DNA from: Azolla caroliniana
Lineage: Eukaryota; Plantae; Polypodiophyta
Length of the DNA: 64,000 bases
Reading direction: 5' to 3'
Assembly: GCA_043228905.1 (NCBI GenBank)
Contig: JBHGNT010000009.1
Location: 10,540,001 to 10,604,000 of the forward strand
Positions 41,301 to 53,497 of the stretch are shown here, piece by piece. The position numbers were made by a program, and so were the translations under genes. The notes beneath the pieces are model-generated. The model did not search any database. It was not told where the DNA came from and was given only the letters and a program-made list of their open reading frames with translations. Positions within the stretch are counted from its first letter, which is position 1. The number at the start of each line of letters is the position of its first letter.

Positions 41301-42252
41301 GGTATCTGGGGTTGTCCTCATCAAGACCAAGAAGTTGGGGCAAAGCATATCAATAAAACTTAGATGTTCCAGATGACTTTTAGAAAACTTGTGGAACTAT
41401 AGATGAAGACGCCGGGCAACTTGTTGAATTAGAAGACGTTTCAGAGTCTGAACATACTAACAATTCAACTTAGCGTACTGACGAAGCCAATGAGGACAAT
41501 CCTAATGAAAGAGCTAATCCTGAGTAGACGGCTTTACCACACTTAATATTCGATTGAATGGTTATGGCTTATTGTAAATTTTGAACAATATGAATTGTTA
41601 AATTTTGACGTAATATATAAGTTGAGCTTACTTATAATTTTCGTGTAACAATCATTGAACTTATAAATTAAGTATACTTGTATGTGTACATGTTATCTAA
41701 ACTCTCCTTTATCATTTGGGGTATATCGGAGATAAGTTTATACTCTATCATTTACTCGTATGATTGGAATGTTATTGTAGACTAGTTTATTTATACATTG
41801 ACAGTGTCATGTATCACGTGTCAATGGAAATTTTCTCTTGACATAGTAGTATCTCTTAATTGCAAGGTTCACAATTTGCTTTAAGATGTATTATATTTAA
41901 ATATACACACATAATTAGAAGAAGTCACTTATTCAATGGGGCATGCTTTTTAGAATATGCACAAGGACCCGTGTTACTATTATACTTGTGTTGACAAATA
42001 CACCCCTGTCTAAGACTTGGACAAAAACATGGTAGATAGAATATACGTCGGATGATTTTGTTGACGTGATATTAGTTAGTTCTTTTTTTCGCTATGTTTT
42101 CATAAACCATATACACATGCGTCGTGCCTTGTTGAAATTCTGATTAAATAAGGCATTTTTTAACATCTCACTAAGATATGAAAAAGAGAATGCGACATAT
42201 TACCTGTTTCAAATGACCTGGTGTTAATGCCATGATCAATTGGCACAAACCC
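38327..42252. mobile_element. Putative Mutator-like element with diverged terminal inverted repeats
   Basis: AACACCGGGACATTTGAAACAGGTAATATGTCGCATT (38359-38395) is inverted at about 42189-42225. Ends are GGGTT...AACCC. No TSD was recovered. Confidence 0.5.
39170..41050. repeat. Array of palindromic motifs GAAATCCGATGCA(C/G)TGCATCGGATTTC in A/T-rich spacers
   Basis: Near-perfect copies at about 39600, 39740, 40176, 40329, 40392 and 40444, with decayed copies on both flanks (about 15 in total). Confidence 0.9.
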
Positions 42253-44473
42253 TGCGCAATATGGCTTTCTCATGAAACACATCCGGCGTGACACCCACAT
42301 CCCACTTTCAAATGGATCAATCAAGGAGCGAACACCAAATATTTGGGTTTCCAAATTGGTTTCAACATACCGCCGGATACTATGATTGCACACGTTATCC
42401 ATTCCATTCGACAAAAGTTGATACATTGGAGTTCGAAAAAACTGACGCTAGTGGGTCGCATCATAGTGGCAAACTAGGTACTAGTCGCAACAACGTGGTA
42501 CAATCTATCATGCTGGACAATCTCCAAGGAAAGTATACATCAGATTCAACGTTGGTCCGCAACTACATTTGGTCTGGTAAGAAAGACCATGTAACTCCCG
42601 CCAAAGTGGCGTGGCCTATACTCACAGCGCCTAAGTCGAGAGGGGGATTGGGTCTTATTGATCCCCTTTCACAATCAAAAGCCTTACTTGCCAAATTTGT
42701 GGTGCGAGGACTCCAACCAGGAAATGATTGTTGGAAAATGCTATTGCGGTTACGTTTCGCTTACTTTAGGCCATGAAAAGGGGTCAATTGGGCCCCCCAA
42801 ACGGGATGGATTCTAAACATGGATCTCAAACCTAGTTTCTCCCGCCAATTGGAGGATAGATTCAGTGCATCCATGTGGAAGGCATGGTGTGACATTAGAC
42901 GAGGGCTCAAGTGCGATCAACCCACGTTCTGAATCTGCCTGGCTTAGTCAACGTATCCTATGGAACCCATGTATCAAGGATGAATCTAATCAACTACTGG
43001 GATCGCGTAAGGGGTTGTCATGGGGATACATTGCAGAAGGTTCAGGAAAAAGTATAGAATGTTGGTGACGGTTTATGTCACTGCCACTACAAGATCAAGC
43101 CAACATACTCCATGGAATCAGGGGCGGATGGACTATGAGATCGGAAATCATTTACGCTCTACTGATTAGGGAATCTGCTACTCAAAGGACGACAATGGAG
43201 AAATGGATAGGTCACGAGGAGGAGGGATCTCTGATCCAGAGAGGTAGGGGAACACCAGCCAGGATCGAAGGCTTTGAATTGCGAGACACTGAGACACCAA
43301 CATAGAGTACTCGCGTATACTGGTCATAAATGGATTGTAGATCCTGATCCGATCAAAGTACAACCCGATTGGCACATATGTACTCATGAAAACACATGGC
43401 TATGTAAGGTCAGTTAGGACCCTTTGCAATGGACATGGCATGATCCTTACGCGGGGCAAGGAAGCAAACCCATCCCTTTCTTCCAATTCACAACTAGATT
43501 GGGTCGCCACATTCTAGCTACTCAAACCGCCTGAGAGCCAGCTGCTACGAAGGTCTGGCACACATTTCAAGTTCCTCCCACAATTATCACCAAGTTTTGG
43601 CAGAAAATCTGGAAACAACAACACGTGAGGCGAATTACCACGTTCCAATGGCTATTACATAAGTCCCTACCAGTGGGAGCATGGCAACGTGGGAACCTTA
43701 GCTCTCCTAATTGTGTAGAGTGCCCAAATGCAGTAAAATCAATACGACACGTTCTGTGGGATTGCCCAACGTCCCATCGAATTTGGCGGGGGGTTGGCCG
43801 CTTGTTGCAATTATGCCAGGTGCAAGGCTCAATCAAGTGGGGAAATATATGTTGGCTATCATGGCAGACCCTAGTTGGCAGATGCGAGCATCAGGAGGAG
43901 GGGATGACATTGGTGATAAAAGCACAAGAGGTTTTTTTCTCCGCTAGCGGCAATGTTCACGCAACTCCTCTTAATGACAAATCTCAAGTTGTGTTTGAAT
44001 TGGTGAGCCCAGTAACTATTTGGATTCTATGGAAACAACGGTGTAGACGGGTCTTCTCCAACCAAACCACGCATCCAACAAGGTTACTACAAGAGATATG
44101 GAGTGAAATTGTTGCCACTCTAAAGAGCCACTATGATGGCCTCAAGGGCGGCTCCGATGGAGTTGAAAGACAACGAATAGCCTTCATCCAACAATGGTCG
44201 TCCTCTCCCTTTCTTGAGTCAGTGAAATTGTTGCCACTCTAAAGAGCCACTATGATGGCCTCAAGGGCGGCTCCGATGGAGTTGAAAGACAACGAATAGC
44301 CTTCATCCAACAATGGTCGTCCTCTCCCTTTCTTGAGTCAGTGGGCATCCACATAAGATGGAACTATCGCGTCCCTACAAGGATTTGTACATAATCGTCT
44401 CATTTGTAAAATTTTATAACTAATGGAAGGAGTTTGTTTTGGAAAAGAAAAAGAAAAAAGAAAAAAAAAGAAA
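42253..44473 (+). mobile_element. 5'-truncated L1-like LINE (RT C-terminus, zf-RVT, A-rich tail)
   Basis: KYLGFQIG, IRQKLIHWSSKKLTLVGRIIVAN, VAWPILTAPKSRGGLGL, CVECPNAVKSIRHVLWDC and IWILWKQRC. A-rich tail 44442-44473. 119-bp tandem duplication 44102-44343. Confidence 0.9.
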
Positions 44474-47400
44474 GGGGCTCAATACATAAATGTACATGTT
44501 TTATGTATAGCCGTAGGGTGTTTCTTAATACTAATATAATATCTTTTTTGGATAAATAAATAAATAAAAAACATGCATGAGTACTGAGAGAGCACACAAA
44601 TTGAAGATTCATCAATCCAAAGGATTCCCACCGCTTAATTGGATTTTTTATTCTAATATTTCCATTTGCAAGTGGTAGTTGAAACATATCCTACTCTTGA
44701 TTTTTTTACTAAGAATAAAGTTCATCCAATAAGACATTTTGTAAATGCTTGATTGTCGTTGGCATGATACATAATTGTAATCATCCAACCATTCATTGTT
44801 CACCTTGTGATTTCTTTCTTAACCATTTCCATACCATATTGAATGTAAACCAAATATTGTTACATGTCATGGAGATTGTAGCATTGCCGACCTATTCATG
44901 CAACATACTTTAATTTCATCCATCTTTATAAAGTTCAATTTTAATCATATTGTTTATTTCTGGCATCATATCATGTGCTTGTTCATAAATCAATCTCATT
45001 GAAGCACCTGTTGAGAAATTGATGTGGAATAGATCACAATAAACGAACTACGTGTTGAAATACGAATTACAGAAATGCCAGAAAGACAAGACACACAACA
45101 GTGCACAGAGATTTACGTTGTCGCGTTGTTACGCGCGTGCGTGTAGAAGGGGCGGGACCACGGGGGTCTCAGACTAGGGAGTAGAGGAGAAAGAATAAGA
45201 TATGATATGGAGGCTTAGCTCAAGAGGAGAAGAGGAAAGAATAAGACCATGACATAGAAGGAGAGACCGACAGAGGTAAGATACTCAACAAGATATATTA
45301 AAACAAACGAATGATTACAACAATGGTGGCCGCATGGGCCGCACCAAACGACTATGACAAAACCCTAACCGAAGATGAATAAGGAAAACCCTAAACGAAA
45401 CGGAAAATCCTAACCCTAAAACGGTAAGAACTCTAGGCTAAGTGGTATACCTTTCATACACAAAATAGGCAACCCTTCATAAGTGACCCCTCCCTTCCTT
45501 TTATAGCCCAAGGAGGGAGGGACCTTACAATGTGGGATAAAATTTCCCCTCTTATTTCTATACGTCATTTCCTAGTATACGTGTGCACATATTGCATACC
45601 ACCGACTTGCCCTTTCCACCCTGGTTTCTGCCTATGGACGAAAATCTTCACGACATCCGCCCCCACCAAACCGCACATCCACCGGTATGTGCCATGGCGA
45701 TCAACCAAGTCCTTAGCGTCTTTGTCAGCTTTGCTTGACTTCGTCTTCCACTTCGAGCAAGCCCATCTGTCCCACATGGACCACCATAGCCTCCCGGTCC
45801 GCCATATCCGTCGTATGCTCTTGAACCGTCGGCTCCATCCGATCCACCATACTCGACGGAGTTCGCCGAACCACTGTCTCCGCCCAATCCGCCAGACCCG
45901 GTCTTCGCAAACCTCTCTTTGTCTTCCTTCGTTTTCTGTGCGTGACCTTGGACGGAATCCTCGTTCTTCCCGACTGTTTGCCAGATATTGGACTGTGTGC
46001 TCTTTGTCCACGCTTGTCTCGCCTCGGCCGCTTCCTCGACTCGGCACTGTCACGCGCCGAACTTCTTTGTCGATCATCCTCGTGCTCGTCACTCGGCCCT
46101 TAGGCGGCCACATCGCACGTATCGCACTCCGCTATGCTTTGCGTCCCCTTTTGAAAAGGTACATTGCTTCCCCGACATCCGAGTTGGTGCTCTCGTCTTC
46201 GGTGTCCTCCGCAACCTCTGATGTTGCCGCTTCGCCCCGAGGTACACCCTCTTGGTTCGCCTGGCCCGCTCGGCCGCACACATCCTTCGGGATGCCCCAT
46301 TTGCTCTTCACGGTACGTGGCCCTCCGTTCTCCACGCATCTCCTCCGTTTTCCCATACACAATCCCTCGTTCATGCCGATCGCGCTCGTCTCGTTCCATC
46401 GATCTTGGCGTCTCATCACGCTGTCCGTCGTCTCGCACTTACCTCTCGAAGGCTTCCTTCGACCGTCATCATCGGTCACTCATTGCGGCTCCTCCGAATG
46501 CACACTCATTCTTTGGTCCTTAGGTGACCCCATTACGCGCACCTCGATTCTCCCTTGCTCTCCGTGCTCTCTCGTAGTAGAGCGTATCGTCATCCTGACC
46601 TTCGTGTCGGGGTTCTTCGTGGCTCTCATTACCGCTTCATCCCGACTCCATCCTCTTGGCCCGCTTGGCCTCGCATGTCCTCCGGGACGCCGCGCTTTGT
46701 CTCTCCCCGGTGCATAACTCTTTGCTCTCCGTGCACCATCCTCCGCTTTCGTCGTTCATCCGCTGATCTTGGCAACTCACCGCTCCGTCTCTTGCAGCGT
46801 GCTTGCCTCTCAAAGGCTCGACCGGTCTGCCGTTGCCGGTCACTCATTGCCGCTCTTCCGGCTGCATGCTTGCTGCTTGGCCCTTCGCTGGCCGTAGTGC
46901 ATGCTCCGTTTTATGACGTAATGCATGCTTTGTGTTACACGCTTCTTCCGCTGTAGTCCCGACCTCCGCGTCAGCCTCTTCTTCCTTTGTCGTCGTAGAC
47001 CCTTCCGTCTCCGTTTGACCCTCTTGGCCGTGCTCGTCCGTCTTCACGCACCGGGTACCCGTTCCGGTAGCCTTGTCCGTTCCGGTCTCCGACTCCTCGC
47101 CGCCACCCGCCGTCTCTTCGGTCTTATGTTGATCCGCAACCGCCAAAGTCTCTAGAATAGGTGGGGAGGGTCCCGCTCGTTTCTGGTCTTCCACGGAACC
47201 ATAGTCATCATGCCCGCTTGGCCTCCTTCTTGCACTCACCGGCTCCCACCATGTATTGCGACTCGTCTTCCCCGATCTCCAATCATGCCAGTTTGGTCCT
47301 TGCCCTGTTTGATCCCGATTGATCATGTTCCGGTTCGTTCGACTCCCTTCCGTGATCGTAACCGGTCAGTAAGGGTTCGACAAAACAATTCCGGCCTTGC

Positions 47401-47843
47401 CGGCTCTCCTTCCATTCGGGGCCGGTTGACCGGCCCTTGCTCCAATCTTCTTCCGCGTCGTCTTTCGGTCGTGTCCGATTACCGACCGGTTCGTCTTCTG
47501 CTCGGGTCGGTTCCCAACTCTCTCGTTGTTGCCGCTCCCGGCCTCTCCTTCGGTACCTTTCGGTATGCCCGTTCCGGGCCTCGCATCCTCTTCGTATGTG
47601 CCCGCTCCGGGTCACGCCTTCTTACGGCCTTATGACCGTACTCGGGCGCAACCGCCGTAGTCTCCGGTCTCGGTGTCGAGGGGTCTCTCCTCCGTCTGCT
47701 ATGACCTTCCTCGTCGTCGTTTCGATCGTCCACTTTGCCGCCGCCACCTTCCGTCTCTCCAGTCTCATGTGGGCTCTCGAGACCGACTGCCAAAGTCTCT
47801 AGAATAGGTGTGGGAAAAGTCTCGGTACCATCACTCACTGATG

Positions 47844-49292
47844 TCATGTTTGTAGCCACCTTCGTTCGGACGCCGTGGTCCGTGGCTCGTCCCCAGTTAC
47901 GCAAGCCTCGGTTATGCTTGCTACCTCCTCGTCCTCTTCCTCGTCTCGGTCGCCCGCCTTGCCGCCGCCATCGCCCGTCGCTCTAGGTCTCATGCCAGCA
48001 CTCAGGCCGACCGCCGGAGCCTCTAGGGCCGGTGTGTGTAAGGTCGCGGCACCGCCACTCGTTGTCTCCGTAGCTGCCTCCGTCCGGACGTCGTTATCCG
48101 CGGCTACCCCGCCTCCAATCGCGCAAGCCTCGATTACGCTTGCCGCTGTCTCTTCCATGTTGTCGTCTTGGTTGCCCGCCTTGCCGTCGCCACCGCCCGT
48201 TGCTCTAGGTCTCACGCCGGCACTCGGGCCGACCGCCGGAGCCTCTAGGACCGGTATGTGTAAGGTCGTGGCACCTCCGCTTGTCTCCTCCCCACTCGAT
48301 GTTTCGGGCCGCCATGTCTCGAATCCGTAGTTACCGGCCTCCATGGCCGTCCCTTCACCGCAAGGCAAGAGGGTCGCTTGCTCCGCACCCTCTCCCATGT
48401 TGCCGTCGTACACTCTCCCGACCTCCGTATAGGCCCCGTCTTCTACGCTTAAGGAGGCTTCTTCCTCCGCATCCTCCAATCGCCTCCGGCCCAACTCCAT
48501 AATAAGCCCTTCTTCGGCTTCAATTTTCGCCTTCACAAGCTCGCATGCCTCCCGTATTAGCACTTCTAGGTCGGGCTCCTCCGAACCGTTTTGTGTTGAG
48601 CTCTCTTCCGACGGTAGTGCATAGTCACTCGCCGCTCTCTCTTCTCTGCCACTAGCGGGCCGTGTTGTGGCCGACCGCCTCGCATCATGTTGCCGGCACA
48701 CCCATTCCACCTCAGACCACTCCTCGGTGAGACCATGCGTTCCATAATCATCTTGAAGCTCGAATAATATGTCTATCCTCTCCTCTTGATGGATCGTCTT
48801 CAAAAATATGAGGACTTTGTTCGCCCCCACCGATCTCCGATCTCGCTCTGAGAGTTGAGAGAAACGGTGCTCGAACTCTCGGAATGCATCCATCGCGCTC
48901 CGATGGCATTCCATCGATGCCACCCATCGGTCCAACTCATGCCGACCTCGCCCCTCTGGTTTCGCATACCCGTACGCTTCCAATAGGGCTCCCTCCAAGG
49001 ACACCCACGACTCGTGAACTTCTCGTAGCTCCTGGACCTCCTTGTGCACCAATACGGCCGCCACTCGAGGAAAATACTCTAGCTGCATCGCCTAGTCCAC
49101 GCCCCCTTTTGCCATCTCGGCCTTGTAGGCTCCCCAAAATTTTGGGACCTCATTCCCATTGAACCGGCCGACTGGATCGACGACCCTTTCGACGGCTTGT
49201 TGAGCCGCATCTTGCTTCGCCATCTTCCGTCCAACTTCCATCACGATCTTTGCCATCATCTCCTCGAAGTCGAAGTCTTCTTCCATCTCCAT
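47844..49292 (-). pseudogene. gag of the non-autonomous element (one in-frame TAG at 49094-49092) with an acidic, repetitive C-terminal extension
   Basis: AVERVVDPVGRFNGNEVPKFWGAYKAEM...FPRVA...LLEAYG...GLTEEWSEVEWVC aligns by eye with AIEAVVGTIGRFDGRDATKYLASYGAEM...FPRVA...LLEKYG...GLTTDWAAVKKVC. Confidence 0.85.
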
Positions 49293-49307
49293 GCTCCCTT
49301 GCCGCCC

Positions 49308-49325
49308 TTCACGTCGGGTTCACCA
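49308..49325 (-). promoter_or_regulatory. Primer binding site complementary to the tRNA-Trp 3' end (TGGTGAACCCGACGTGAA)
   Basis: The + strand reads TTCACGTCGGGTTCACCA, the 3' end of plant cytosolic tRNA-Trp(CCA) as recalled. It lies 4 nt from the LTR. Confidence 0.88.
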
Positions 49326-49620
49326 AAGGTGTCGCGTTGTTACGCGCGTGCGTGTAGAAGGGGCGGGACCACAAGGGTCTCGGACTAGGGAGTAGAGGAG
49401 AAAGAATAAGATATGATATGGAGGCTTAGCTCAAGAGGAGAAGAGGAAAGAATAAGACCATGACATAGAAGGAGAGACCGGCGGAGGTAAGATACTCAAC
49501 AAGATATATTAAAACAAACGAATGATTACAATGATGGTGGCCGCATGGGCTGCACCAAACGACTATGACAAAACCCTAACCGAAGATGAATAAGGAAAAC
49601 CCTAAACGAAATGGAAAACC

Positions 49621-49721
49621 TGTCAGGAATAGTACTAAGACAGAGAAGGAATTAGTACTAAACGAAGGATTAGTACTATGAGAGGTGTAGAACTTCTTCG
49701 AGAGAAGGAAGAAGTGAGCGA

Positions 49722-49773
<52 letters not shown>

Positions 49774-52700
49774 TGATAAGAAAGATATGTATTATGTGAA
49801 GAGAATATACAATGGTGGCTAAAAGGCTTAAGACTGGCGTTGAACCAATTTGGTTCAACAGAATGCCTAGTGCCCTCTTTTATAGTGTTTTCAGGAGTAA
49901 TCCTGAAGCTTCTAGAATGTTCCAGAGAAATATGGAATATACACTAATTTCCTATAATAAAATGTAAATGAAAATAATATCTTACGTATTACAATAGATG
50001 ATCTAATGGTCAAGAGCTCGACCCATATAACCTAAGGTCATGGGTTCGAGTCTTGCCATATCATGACACTATCCCCCCTTTAAAGCGACGAGTGTCACGA
50101 GTCATCTTGGATTGAGGACCCGGTTTGTGTGGATATTGACGATGGAAGTCTTCAAGAAGAGCACGAGCATTGGTCACATTCTCGATCGGTTCCCAAGTAC
50201 GTTCGCTGGGACTATAGCCTAGCCAATTGACTAGATAGTAGAGCTTGTTGCGAACAAGTGTCACGAGTCATCTTGGATTGAGGACCCGGTTTGTGTGGAT
50301 ATTGACGATGGAAGTCTTCAAGAAGAGCACGAGCATTGGTCACATTCTCGATCGGTTCCCAAGTACGTTCGCTGGGACTATAGCCTAGCCAATTGACTAG
50401 ATAGTAGAGCTTGTTGCGAACAATCTTGGAATCAAGGATGGCGGCAACCTCGTACTCCGGCCCATCTTCAAGCTTGATCGGGGGTGGAGGTTGGATAAGA
50501 CGTCTTGGGATGGTGATCTCATGGTAGGGTTCGAGGAGAGAACTATGAAACACCGGATGTATCCGAAGTTGAGGAGGTAGATCGAGACGAAAAGCGACAT
50601 CATTAATCTGTCCAATAATACGGAAAGGACCTAATCGCCGATAATCCAACTTCTCACATGGGTGAGTAGTCTTGATGTGTCGTCGTAGCAGCCACACCCA
50701 ATCTCCAATATTAAAACTGGATGGAAGTCGATGACAATCCGCGTAGACCTTGTGTGTTTGTTGAGCTTGCGGGAATCCATGGGCATGTCAAAGATCTGTG
50801 TTGCTTGTAGTCGTGCCGGTCCCAAGATGACTTGTTTTTGGTTATCGAAAGCTGGCTCGCCGGGACGGGGTGCTAGATACGAACGCCGTGATAATGCATC
50901 TGCCTTCCCTTGGTGCTTCCCCGGACGATATGTAATTTTGAAGTCGAAACGCGTGAGGAAGTGGGCCCACCGAGCTTGACGTCGATTCAACACACGAGCA
51001 TCCTGAAAGTAGGCAAGATTCTTGTGGTCACTAAATATGGTGACTGGATGAGAGGATCCCTCCAGAAAATACCTCCATTGCATAAAAGAATCCACTATTG
51101 CCAATAGCTCCTTATCATGAATTTCGTAGTTGATTTCGGCGGCATCAAACTTGCGTGAGTGAAAAGCCACAGGATGTAGGTTCTCATCATTCCCCTGTTG
51201 TGACAGAATGCTGCCCAATGCAAAATCCGATGCGTCAGCTTCGATAATGAATGGTTTTTTCAGATTGACATGAGCTAGAATTGGAGCCGATGTAAATGCC
51301 TTTTTAAGACTCTCGAAAGCCATGTCCGTTTCTTCAGACCAGATGAACGGTTGTCCCTTCTTGGTAAGTTGTGTGAGAGGTAGAATGATCTTTGAATAAT
51401 CTTGTATGAACTTCGAACCACTGTAATCCTAAAACTATAGGATGTTCTGGGATACTAATAATATTAAATGATATTACACATGCTAAGTTATCTAGGACAA
51501 TATTAATGGGCTTTGACTCTTCTATGATATTTCCGGAAGCAATGGGACGTCCATCAATGACTATTACAGAGGCTGGACACTGGAGTTTTCTTAGGGATAT
51601 CTTATGAGCTTGAGCAAATTTCTTATCCATAAAGCAAGAGTTAGCTCTAGAATCTAGGAGTGCTAGGACATGTACTGGAGGGGTAATTTTAGTACTAACT
51701 ATTAGTAGGGCTACGAACACATCACTAACTTGCTTAGAGGGAATGGAACCACTAATGGGCTGCACAGATCTAGGGCTGTCCAACCAAACGGCTCCTATTT
51801 TGGCTGGACTTAGTCGTTTAACTCTTCTTCTAACTGGCTAAGGACATCAAATTTGTTCGCTGGATCTGGGCTATTAGTACTATTAGGACTATCAGATATC
51901 CCTACTGAAATAGGCTCGGGTTTAGTACAATTAGAACTAGAGACTATTTGGTTTACCTCTCTTCTTGGCCTATGGGGGCAATTTATTGCAATATGTCCTG
52001 GTCCACCGCAGTAAAGACATAGTCGATTTGTACGGCGTCGCTGTTTTTTTTCTTCGGATAATGGCCCTCGATGACGTGTAGTGTCAATCTCCATCAGAGT
52101 CGGAGTATTCGCTTGCGGCGCATTATATGACTGCCTCGGAAAAGGTCTTGCTACCACTGAGGCGTAGGTGGGCTCTAATCTTGCCCTCGGCATCTGTAGC
52201 TGTTGTTCCGAACGTCGCTCAAAGAGGCGGTTGTCACATCTCACCGTGCGACTGATTGCTTCTGTTAAGGACTTTGGCTCTTCGGGGAAGGTCAAGAGTA
52301 AATCCTTGACGTCGTTGCGTAAACCATAACGGAATTACTCCATCAACGCTTGATCATCCCAAGGGATATCGGCGGTGAGTAGGCGAAAATCTGCAGCGTA
52401 TGCGGAGGCTGGACGGTCACCTTGGCGTAATCGCCGAATTTTGTTGATTGCGGTCCTGATGCTGTCAGTATCTCCGAAACATGCTTTAAACTCACCTAGA
52501 AACTCTTCAAAATTGTTGAGTAACGGAGATTCCTTTTCTAATAGTGGAGCAGACCATGACAACGCTGAGCCACTTAAAAAAGTGCCTACTAAACCCACTT
52601 GTGATGCATTGGTGGGATATCGGGAAGGATGCATTTGAATAACTAATCGTACCTGGTTAAGGAACCCTCTAAACTGCGATCGCGTTCCATCGAACTTCGT

Positions 52701-53497
52701 GGGAAGGCCAATCTTGGGTTCTTTATGAATCCCTTGTGTTCCGGGCCCTTGTTGTTGCATCGCTACGATGGTTGCTTCGAGTTGTTGCACGTGTAACGCA
52801 AGTTCCCCATGCTGTTGTTGCGTTGGCTGCTTTTCTAAGGAGATTTGCTGAAGATCCCCCAGCAACCGTTGGTTTTCTTGTTCCAAAGTATAGAACTTCT
52901 CTTTCAAGCATTGAAATTCCGAGAAAACAGATTGATATTCTCTTTCAAAGCATTGAACTTCTCTTTCAAGCGCTAACAGTGGCCATGGGATGAAAGAAAA
53001 GAGGAATAAGAGATTAGTAGGAAATGAGAGAGACAAAAGGTAGGAAAATTGGTTCAAACTGTTAGGAACAGTACTAAGACAGAGAAAGAATTAGTACTAA
53101 ACGAAGGATTAGTACTATGAGAGGTGTAGAACTTCTTCGAGAGAAGGAAGAAGTGAGCGAGATGGAGAGAAAGAGAGAGATCGAGAGAGAGAGAGAGAGT
53201 GATGATAAGAAAGATATGTATTATGTGAAGAGAATATACAATGGTGGCTAAAAGGCTTAAGACTGGCGTTGAACCAATTTGGTTCAACATAATGCCTAGT
53301 GCCTTCTTTTATAGTGTTTTCAAGAGTAATCCTGAAGCTTCTAGAATGTTCCAGAGAAATCTGGAATATACACTAATTTCCTATAATAAAATGTAAATGA
53401 AAATAATATCTTACATATTACAATAGATGATCTAATGGTAAAGAGCTCTACCCATATAACCTAAGGTCATGGGTTCGAGTCTTGCCATATCATGACA
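49621..53497 (-). mobile_element. Ty3/Gypsy chromovirus B (Tcn1-like), internally deleted; 3' LTR 49621-50068, 5' LTR 53060-53497, TSD AAACC
   Basis: AAACC at 49616-49620 and 53498-53502. gag about 52985-51810 with CLYCGGPGHIAINC, PR, RNase H and chromodomain present; RT core and integrase core missing. PPT at 50069. Confidence 0.94.
51771..51822 (-). promoter_or_regulatory. Predicted -1 frameshift signal of chromovirus B (G-UUA-AAC plus stem/pseudoknot); decayed homolog at 20465-20516
   Basis: Heptamer two codons before the gag stop. 11-bp stem GTCCAGCCAAA/TTTGGTTGGAC. The -1 frame reads through into the protease. Confidence 0.72.

Larger units (their letters stand above)
37973..44572 (+). 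mobile_element. Non-LTR-type insertion bounded by a 12-bp TSD ATGCATGAGTAC with a (TAAA)n tail; contains further nested elements
   Basis: ATGCATGAGTAC at 37961-37972 and 44573-44584. TAAATAAATAAATAAAAA lies just before the right copy. IISEVLWITFK (LINE C-terminus-like) near 38120. Confidence 0.6.

Noticed and set aside
45530-46717. 395-aa + strand ORF antisense to the non-autonomous element
   Set aside because: It starts inside the LTR, is S/R/L/P-rich with no recognisable motif, and long stop-free frames are expected in this GC-rich, skewed sequence. It cannot be fully excluded without other copies.
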